From positions 1 through 23,113 of the forward strand of contig JBKPAK010000314.1 in assembly GCA_046726415.1 (NCBI GenBank): a stretch of DNA of 23,113 bases. The letters run 5' to 3'. Made by a program: the position numbers and the translations under genes. Position 1 is the stretch's first letter. Every line of letters starts with the position of its first letter. The notes beneath the pieces were generated by a model. That model was not told the origin of the DNA, did not search any database, and saw nothing but the letters and a program-made list of their open reading frames with translations. This stretch comes from Candidatus Methylomirabilota bacterium. Its GTDB lineage: Bacteria > Methylomirabilota > Methylomirabilia > Rokubacteriales > CSP1-6. Positions 7,653 through 15,609 of this stretch are shown here, piece by piece.

Positions 7653-10600
7653 CTATTCCATCGGCGCCGGGCTCAACTCGGCCTCGGCCTTCTTGAGCCA
7701 GAACCGCATGTCCATCTCGCGATACATCCCCGCTGCGGTACGAAAGTGCTCATGGGCATCCTGCCGCTGGCCCGTATGTCGGTGGAGCTTGCCGAGCCCG
7801 AGGTGGCAATGTGCGATGAGTGGGCGCATGCTACGGGGCTCTGCGAGCGCCAGCGCCTGGCGGTAGTGGACCTCACCGCGCTCAGCGTCGAACCGGTCGG
7901 GGTGGGTCGCGATGTCCCCGAGCAGGTGCTGCGCATGGGCCACGAATCCAGGCTGAGACTGATTGGCGTCGACCGCCCGGTTGCCCAGGTTCCGCGCCTC
8001 GTCGAGCCGGCCAAGCAGCAGGCAGGCGCGACCCAACGAGTGGTAGATCGCGCGGCCGCCCGCACCGGGTCCCGTCGCATAGAGGCGCTCGATGAGTTGC
8101 TTGCTTTCCCGGAGCCGGTTCAGCGCTTCGCTGGACTCCCCCTGCTGCGCCAGGACCCAGGCGGAGGATGCGAGGCCACCAAGCAGGTTGACGACGTTCG
8201 CCGTCCTGAGCACCGCGATCGCGCGCTCGATCAGTGGGCGCGCCTGTCCCCAGTCACCCTTCCGGAGGTGGAACGAGCTCGCGGCCCCGTACGCCAAACC
8301 GATCGAGTTCGCATGCTGCGTCGCCTCCGCGAGCCCGATCATCTCGGATTCGTACTGAGCTGCTTCGCCGAATCTGCCGAGCTCGGCCAGTCCCAAGACC
8401 AACCAATGGCGATCGTAAACTGATGTCAGCGAGGTGCTGCCCAACAAGTTCTCGTAGACCCAGTCGCTAGGCAGGGCCGCGAGGTTTCCGATGGCCAGCT
8501 CGACCGCCCGCTCGTACTCTCCCCGGAAGAAGTGCGCCTGTTCGAGAAAGCTCGTGGTGAGAATGCAGAGTCTCAAGTCCCCGAGGCGCCCCGCGATCTC
8601 CAGCGCGCGGCTCCCGGAGGCGAGCGCTTCGCCCAGGTCGCCGAGTTGCGAGTAGATGTTCGTCATGAACGCGCAGACGCGACCTCGGCGACGGTCGTCG
8701 TTCAGCCGCTCGGCGAGGGCCTCGGCCTCGCGGAGATGCTCCAGCGCCCGTCGAACTTCACCGAGCTGGCTCAGCACCGGCCGCAGCTCGAGGCGGATGT
8801 CAAACGCCTGGGCTAGCGTGGACTGGTCATCGGGGAGTGTTTCGAGAATGCCGAACGCCTCCTCGAACCTGGCCCGGGCCTCGAGGAGCGCCGATCGCCC
8901 GGCCGCCTTCAATCCGACTTGGCGGAGATAGTGAACTGCCTTCTCCTTCAGCTTGCCTCGAACGGCGTGATGGGCGAGTCGTTCGATCTGCTCGGCGAGC
9001 CGATCGCGATAGAGCATCTCGATCGCCTCGACGATCCGCGCGTGAAGCTGGCGGCGGCGGTCGTGCAGCAGACCGTTGTAGGTCACCTCGTGAGTCAGCG
9101 CGTGCTTAAAGGAGTACTCGAGATCCGGATAGAGCCCGGTCTCGTAGAGGAACTCGGCGGCGTGCAGGTGGTCGAGCCCGCGACGCAGCGCCTCGTCCGG
9201 GACCTCGGCAACAACCTGAAGCAGTGCGAAGGGCACGTCCTTGCCGACGACGGAGGCGACCTGCAGGAGGCGTTTGTCCTCCGGCAAGAGCCGGTCGATG
9301 CGCGCCGCCAGCATCATCTGGACAGTGACGGGTACCTGGAGCGCCTGGATCGGTTGCGTCAGCCAATACCGGCCGCGCTCTCCCGCCAGCGCGTTCGTCT
9401 CCACCAACGTCCTGATGGTCTCCTCCAGAAAGAACGGGTTCCCGCGCCTGACGAGGAGCTGCTTGAGTGGCGCCAGCCCGGGATCGTCGCCGAGGAGCGC
9501 GCCCAGGAGCTCAGCCGCGCTCGCGGCGGGCAGCGCGTCCAGCCGCATTTGACCGTAGGATGTCTTGCTGCCCCAATCGTGCTGGTAGTCGGGGCGGTAG
9601 TTCACGAGCAGCAGCAGGCGCGCTGACCCCAGGCTCTCGACCAGGTCGTCGAGCAGCGCTTGGGTCTCGTCGTCGATCCAATGCAGGTCCTCGAAGATCA
9701 GGAGCAGCGGCTGCTCCCGCGCCTCCCGAAGCAGCAATCGCCTCACGGCGTCCAGCGTGCGTTGGCGGCGCTGCCCCGGGTCGAGGACCTGCCACGCGGC
9801 ATCGTCCACGGGTACGTCGAGGAGAGCTAGCAGCGCCAGCTGTGTTGGCTCCAGCGCGTGGTCGAGGGTGAGCAGCTTGCCCGTCACCTTCTCGCGGATC
9901 TCGCGGAGGTCGTCCCGGTCCTGGATCTTGAAGTAGCCCTTGAGGAGCTCGATCACCGGCAGGTAGCTCGTCGCCTTGCCGTACGAAACCGACGCCGCCG
10001 CGAGGACCAACCACCCCTGGAGGCGATGCGAGTGGGTGAACTCGTAGACGAGGCGCGATTTGCCGACGCCAGCCTCGCCGACAATTGCGGCGATCTGACC
10101 ATGGCCGTTGGCAGCCAGCTGCTGGGCACGGCGGAGCTGCTCCAGCTCGGCGTCGCGGCCCACGAAGCGCGTCAGCCCGCGCCGCACGGCTGACTGCAGG
10201 CGGGTGCGCGCTGGGCCCGCCCCCCGTCACTTCGTAGACCTCCACCGCGTCGGCCAGCCCCTTCACCGGTACGGAACCGAGCGACTTCACCGCGACCAAG
10301 CCTTCCGCCAACCGGAGCGTGTCGGCCGTGGCCAGCACGGAGCCGGGCTTGGCCATCTGTTCCATCCGCGCCGCCAGGTGCGTGGTCTGACCCACGGCGG
10401 TGTAGTCCATGTGGAGGTCACTGCCAATGGCACGCACGACGACTTCCCCGGAATTGAGTCCGACGCGGATTATCACCGGCACCCCTTGCGACCGCTGAAC
10501 CTCGTCGGCATACCGGGTGACAGTTTCTTGCATCCTCAGCGCCGCATAACATGCGCGCACCGCGTGGTCCTCCTGGGCGAGAGGGGCGCCGAAGAGAGCC

Positions 10601-11016
10601 ATGATGCCATCGCCCATGACCTGGTTGACGGTGCCCTCGTAGCGGTGGACGGCCTCCATCATCCGCTCGAGGACGGGATCGAGAATCTTGCGGGCCTCCT
10701 CCGGATCGCGGTCGGCGAACAGCTCCATGGAGCCCTTGAGATCGGCGAAGAGGACAGTGACCTGCTTGCGTTCGCCCTCCACGGCTGCCTTAGAGGTGAG
10801 GATCTTCTCGGCGATGTGCTTCGGTGTGTATGTCTGCGGCGAGTTAAAACGCGCGCGCTCCGCCGAGCCCGCCGCCTTGCCGCACTTGCGGCAGAACTTG
10901 GCGCCGGGACGATTCGATTCGCTGCACGCAGTGCAAACCACCTCGAGGCGGACTCCGCACTCGTCGCAGAAGGCAGCATCAGCGGCGTTGTCGTGCTGGC
11001 ACCGGGGACACTGCAT
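7653..11016 (-). CDS. Double zinc ribbon - class III nucleotide cyclase - AAA ATPase - TPR protein, split by a 1-bp insertion in a G6 run (10220-10225)
   Basis: Four CxxC pairs (CPRC, CDEC, CTAC, CRKC). Cyclase motifs VTVLFADLKGS, MGDGIMALFGAP, RVGLNSGEV and LAARMEQ. Walker A GEAGVGKS, Walker B LLIFEDLHW, TPR-like C-terminus. Removing one G joins ORF 9511..11016 to ORF 7653..10187 through VTGAGPARTRLQSAVRRGLTRFVGR. Confidence 0.9.
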
Positions 11017-11219
11017 CCTGAAACCCTGTTAGCCTCCCAGGATTGGCCGAAATCTCCGCGTACCGTAGTCGAGATGCCCTCGATGAGCAAGGGCCAAGCA
11101 ACGAACGGAAGAAGAATGTACGCGAGTCGGGCCGCCGGCAGCGTCGGCCGCTAACCCCCTCAACGGCGCGCCGGCGCGCGACGCCGCGATAGACGCGGAC
11201 CAGCTGACGGATCCATACG

Positions 11220-11780
11220 GTCCGCGACGAATCTCCGCAGCACCGGATCTCAGAGCTGGCCACCCGCGATTCGCCCGTAACTGACCTCAGCCCCGGCACC
11301 GGCTCCAGCCACACTGTTTCCTTCCGTCGCTGCAGATCCGCAAGGGTTGATGTCGCGCGTCCGAGCGGCTGCGTCTCAGTACGTAAGGTGTCCAATGCAC
11401 CACGGCTGAGCCCCAGGTCTGCGAAGCCGCGGTAGAGGAGCTGCTCGCCCTGCCACTCGCCCACGAGCGCGCCGCCCTGGTGGCCGGCGCGGGCCATCGC
11501 CACGCCGCCGATCACAAAGCGCCCCTCCCGACGGAGTCTTGTTCTTGAGCCAGCTCGTCCGTGCGGACTCTTCCTTGGCGACGAGTCCTTCGTAACCGCG
11601 ACGCTGAACCTCGGCCCAGGCCTCCAGGCCGTCTGCGGAAAAGCGACGCACTGGGGGACCAGGCGCTGATTACGGATCTCGTCTTCGAGGATCGCGCGGC
11701 GCTCGTGCAGAGGCCCGGAAGTCGTGGCCGTTCACATAGAGGCAGTCGAACGCCATGAATATAGGCGGCGTCGCCCAATG
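11220..11780 (-). pseudogene. Decayed ATP-dependent DNA ligase (LigD/LigC ligase-domain-like) fragment
   Basis: Across three frames: ATPPIFMAFDCLYVNGHD, ERRAILE, DGLEAWAEVQRRGYEGLVAK, WLK, FVIGG, ALVGEW..LLYRG, VWLEP, AEVSYGRI..GQL*DPV (in-frame TGA at 11250-11252). The N-terminal KxDG motif is not seen. Confidence 0.75.
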
Positions 11781-11947
11781 GGCCCAAACAGACCGGAATT
11801 GCTAGCACGGACGAGTCTGCGCTGTGCGCGCTCGCAGCGCGGTCCGACCAGTTCGGGACGCGGGCACGCCAGGACAAGCGCAACGTCCGTGCCAGCCGTC
11901 GCCGATGTCATCTGGATCCACGGTGGAGCCAACTTACGTGGCGTACC

Positions 11948-11965
11948 CTGACAGCGAATCAGGCG
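11948..11965 (+). repeat. 18-bp direct repeat copy 2 (CTGACAGCGAATCAGGCG)
   Basis: Identical to 7633-7650. Overlaps the stop codon of the BTAD-AAA-TPR gene. Confidence 0.8.
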
Positions 11966-14900
11966 AGTTCGTCCACCCGCGCCCGGTGGGCGGCTGGTGT
12001 GAGATGCATCTCTCCCTCCGCCTTCTCCAGCCAGAATTGCATGCCCATCTCGCGGTACATGGCGATGCCGGTAGCGACATGCGTCCGGGCTTGCTCATGC
12101 TCGCCGTCGCGCTGGTAGAGCTTGCCGAGTCCGACGTAGCAGTGGGCAGCACTTGGGCGCATGCCGAGATCGCCAGCGAGCGCCAGCGCCTCGCGGTAGG
12201 AGCCTTCGGCTTCCGCCGCGTTGCCTGTCGAGGCGATGTCACCGGCAAGGCAGAGGGCGTGGGCTTCGCTGGCCCGAGCCCCCAGCCGGCGGGTGAGCGC
12301 CAGGGCTTCGCGGGCGTGGCTGGCGGCCTCGTCGATCCGCCCGGCCGAGAGGTAGGTCGTCCCTGCGCACAGAAGAATGAACGCCGGCCGGGTGTGAAAC
12401 TGGCGACTGCGGGACACCTCAACGGCGCCTGGGACCAGCGAGAGGGCCTCGTCAGCCCGGCCGGCGAGGGCGTAGGCGGCGCCGAGGGTCACCGCGACCA
12501 GCGTTGTCCCGACGGCGATCTGCCTCGTTCGGCAGAGGTCGAGGCAGCGCTCGAGGACCCGGGTCGCGCGTGGGAGATCCCCGCGACCGAGGTGGGCGAG
12601 ACCGAGCTCGAACAACCCGGTGTATAGCGCGTTGGGATGATCGGCCGCTTCGGCGATCCGCACAGCGGCCTCGGCCTGCCCGATTGCTTCGTCGAAGCGA
12701 CCGAGCTGAGCGAGCACGCCGGCGAGGCAGGCACCCGAGACCGCCGACTGGATGGAGGTCGCCCCGAAGAGCTCGTAGCGCACGTCGCCCTCGAGCGCGA
12801 CGTTCCGCTCGAATAGGCTGGCCGCGTCGCTGAACTCGCCCCGGGCAGCGTGCGTCCGGCCAAGAAAGAACGTCGTGACCACCTCGATCGAGCGGTCGCC
12901 GAGGGTTCGCGCAATACTCAGCGCCTCGCGCCCGAATCTGACGGCCTCATCGTAGTCGCCAGTGATCATGCACTCGTCCACCATGAAGGTGGCGATCCGC
13001 GCGAGCCGATGCTGGTCGCCGATCGCCCTGGCCAGCACCTCCGCCTCGCGGAGGCGCTGCCCCATGCGCGCCAGCTCGGCAAGTTGACGGAGCGCGTTCC
13101 GGAGGTCGAGGCGCAGATCGATGGCCAGCGCCGTCGTTTCGGGTGCTTCAGGAAGATGCCCGAGCACTATCAGCGCCTGTTCAAACGAGGCCACGGCCTC
13201 GCGATTCGCCGAGCGGGCCACCGCCTGGATACCTGCCCGTCGAAGGTAGCGCAGGGCTTTGTCCCACACCTTGGCCTCACGATAATGAGTCCCGAGCGCG
13301 AGCGCATGGGGCTCGAGATTGCTTGCATACAATTCCTCCAGAACCTCCGCGACACGGCGGTGGCACAGGGCGCGACGGGGCTGAAGGAGCTGGGAGTAAG
13401 CGGCGGTGCGGATCCGGTCATGGGTAAAGTCAAAGCGGTCCCCCACCGCCTGCAGGAGCTGGCGGCGAACCAGTTCTTCGATCCCCTCGGCAGCCAGCCG
13501 TTCGTCGATTTCGGCGGCCCGCTGCACGAGCGCAAACTCGAACTCGCGTCCGATGACCGCCGCGACAGTGACGAGCTGCCGGCTCTGCTCGCTCAGCCGG
13601 TCGAGCCGCCGAGCAATCACCTCGCGAACACGCTCCGGTAGGGACAGCGTCGATGTCGCCGGCGTCAGCACCCCTTGGTCTAGCGCGCGCATTGTCTCGA
13701 TCACGACAAAGGGATTGCCCTCGCTAGTGCGCCAGATCTCTTCCCCGAGAGAGAGGAGGTCTGCGGTCTCTCGCCCTCTCCGCGCGAGCAGCTCGACCAA
13801 ATGCGCAGTCGCGGGCCGGGACAAGGGTTTGAGCCTGAGCCGAGCGACGTGCGCCTCTCGGTCCAGCGCTTCCAGTGTGCGGCTCAGTAGCGGGACGTCC
13901 GTCAGCTCCTCCTCCCGCGCGGTTGCCACGACGAGCATGGGCGAGCCATGACATCGATGGCTCACGAACGTCAAGAGCCGGAGCGTCATCTCGTCAGCCC
14001 AGTGGATGTCTTCGAGGACCAGGACCACTGCCTCCCGAGCGGCCAGCTGACGGAGCAGTCCGGTGACAGCCTCGAAGAGCTTCAACGCGTCTAACGCGCC
14101 CTCCTTGGACTCGGCCACATCAGAACCCAACTCGGGTAAGAGGCGGGCCAGCTCGCTGCGCACCTGGGGGAGAAGGCTCTGGAGACACTCCGTGGCCTCC
14201 ATGATGTTACCGCTGCGTATGGCGCCCACCCACGGCCCAAAGGGCAGAATCTGCTCGGCTTCATGGCATCGGCCGAGCAGGACCCGGCAGTCCCTCATCG
14301 CTACCGTTGCTAGTTCGGCAATGAGCCGGCTTTTGCCGACCCCCGCCTCGCCCTGTAGGATCACGACCCGCCCTTCTCCCCGCCTGACCTCTTCAAGCGC
14401 AGCGCCCAGGCGAACCATTTCGTGCTCACGCCCGATGAGTGGGATGTCCGTCGCCACTGCGAGCCTATGCAGAGGGGTCCGCGTCGGCGGAGCAGCGATA
14501 GGGTCCTCACTCCCGAGCTTGTCCGACGGGCGGCCGCAGCGCAGGATCTCCTGGTAGAGCAGCTTGGTTTCTTCCTCCGGCTCGACGCCCAGCTCGCGCT
14601 GGAGGACTCCCACGCAGAGCTGGTACTGGTGCAGCGCGGATCCGCGCCGGCCGAGCTGGGCGTAAAGCCGCATGAGTGTGCGATGCACGGATTCCTGGAG
14701 TGGGTCGAGGGCGATCAGCCGCAGCCCGGTCTGCAAAGCAGGGTCTACTGCCCCGGCCGCACGCTGAGCGGTGAGCAACCCGGCGAGGGCCTCGACGGCC
14801 AGCTCGCGCAGTCGCTCCCGGTCGGCCATCAACCACTCCTCGAACGGGGGCTCTTGCACGGTGAGGCCGTCGAGGAGGTCGCCGCGATAGAGCTCGATGG

Positions 14901-15261
14901 CCTGCGCCAGCGCCTCCGGTGTCCGCTCGCCCAGCAACCGCTGGAAGCTCATCGCGTCGATGTCGACGGCGTCCGGGTTCAGGGCGATGGTCGCGCCCTC
15001 GATACGCAGGCAAGCTGGTCGGACCGGCGCCACGGCCTGTCGAAGCGCAAAGAGCGCCTGGCGCAGGCTGTGGCGGGCGTGCCCCTGCGACAGATCGCCC
15101 CAGAGCAAGGCGGCCAGCTTGTCGCGCGCGTGCTCCCGTCCCGGGGGAAGGGCGAGATAGGCGAGCAAGGCCTGGATCTTCTTGGTAGGCAGCGTCAGGG
15201 GTGGACCGGCGCCTAATCGCGCCTGAAACCCGCCCAAGAGCGTGAGGGCAAGCCGCGCCAT
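11959..15261 (-). CDS. SARP-type transcriptional regulator: wHTH + BTAD + AAA ATPase + TPR, 1100 aa
   Basis: MARLALTLLGGF..ALLAYLAL..RDKLAALLWGD..SLRQAL (wHTH). LYRGDLL..FEEW..DPLQESVHRTLMRLY..ELGVEPEEET..LY (BTAD). Walker A GEAGVGKS, Walker B VLVLEDIHW, TPR tail. Confidence 0.93.
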   Translation of the reverse strand: MARLALTLLGGFQARLGAGPPLTLPTKKIQALLAYLALPPGREHARDKLAALLWGDLSQGHARHSLRQALFALRQAVAPVRPACLRIEGATIALNPDAVDIDAMSFQRLLGERTPEALAQAIELYRGDLLDGLTVQEPPFEEWLMADRERLRELAVEALAGLLTAQRAAGAVDPALQTGLRLIALDPLQESVHRTLMRLYAQLGRRGSALHQYQLCVGVLQRELGVEPEEETKLLYQEILRCGRPSDKLGSEDPIAAPPTRTPLHRLAVATDIPLIGREHEMVRLGAALEEVRRGEGRVVILQGEAGVGKSRLIAELATVAMRDCRVLLGRCHEAEQILPFGPWVGAIRSGNIMEATECLQSLLPQVRSELARLLPELGSDVAESKEGALDALKLFEAVTGLLRQLAAREAVVLVLEDIHWADEMTLRLLTFVSHRCHGSPMLVVATAREEELTDVPLLSRTLEALDREAHVARLRLKPLSRPATAHLVELLARRGRETADLLSLGEEIWRTSEGNPFVVIETMRALDQGVLTPATSTLSLPERVREVIARRLDRLSEQSRQLVTVAAVIGREFEFALVQRAAEIDERLAAEGIEELVRRQLLQAVGDRFDFTHDRIRTAAYSQLLQPRRALCHRRVAEVLEELYASNLEPHALALGTHYREAKVWDKALRYLRRAGIQAVARSANREAVASFEQALIVLGHLPEAPETTALAIDLRLDLRNALRQLAELARMGQRLREAEVLARAIGDQHRLARIATFMVDECMITGDYDEAVRFGREALSIARTLGDRSIEVVTTFFLGRTHAARGEFSDAASLFERNVALEGDVRYELFGATSIQSAVSGACLAGVLAQLGRFDEAIGQAEAAVRIAEAADHPNALYTGLFELGLAHLGRGDLPRATRVLERCLDLCRTRQIAVGTTLVAVTLGAAYALAGRADEALSLVPGAVEVSRSRQFHTRPAFILLCAGTTYLSAGRIDEAASHAREALALTRRLGARASEAHALCLAGDIASTGNAAEAEGSYREALALAGDLGMRPSAAHCYVGLGKLYQRDGEHEQARTHVATGIAMYREMGMQFWLEKAEGEMHLTPAAHRARVDELA

Positions 15262-15321
15262 AGAACCCCTCGCGGAGTGGAGCCCTAAGGTAGCACTGCT
15301 CGCCGCCGCACCCAAGAGTTC

Positions 15322-15338
15322 TTGACGCACTTTTGACG
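15322..15338 (+). promoter_or_regulatory. Direct repeat TTGACG x2 with 11-bp period, candidate SARP/OmpR-type binding site
   Basis: TTGACG at 15322-15327 and 15333-15338, with a near-copy ATGACG at 15356-15361, in the divergent intergenic region next to the SARP gene. Confidence 0.5.
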
Positions 15339-15355
15339 GTCACCTGGATGGATTG

Positions 15356-15583
15356 ATGACGCCGGCCGAGTCACCCTCCACTGCGAAGCCACGTCGCGTG
15401 CCAGGAGTGGCCGGCAAGCCCATGACATTCATCGTCCGAATTTTCGTTGACGAAGGAGGTGCCATCAGCGGCGTGGTGGAGCAAGTCAGGACAGGCCGGA
15501 AAGAATCCGTCCACGCCATCGAGGATATCGGCCGCGCCATAGCAGTGATGGTGGCGGCCGAGCAGGCCCGGGGGCGGATGTGA
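15356..15583 (+). CDS. Small hypothetical protein divergent from the SARP regulator (start may be ATG 15422)
   Basis: TFIVRIFVDEGGAISGVVEQVRTGRKESVHAIEDIGRAI looks like a compact beta-beta-beta-alpha domain. Fills the gap before the hydrolase gene on the same strand. Confidence 0.65.
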   Translation: MTPAESPSTAKPRRVPGVAGKPMTFIVRIFVDEGGAISGVVEQVRTGRKESVHAIEDIGRAIAVMVAAEQARGRM

Positions 15584-15609
15584 AACGACAGCTCCTCGCG
15601 GAGGAACCA

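Noticed and set aside
7746..15216. Multiple plus-strand ORFs of 200-350 aa opposite the STAND genes
   Set aside because: Antisense shadows of well-supported minus-strand genes.
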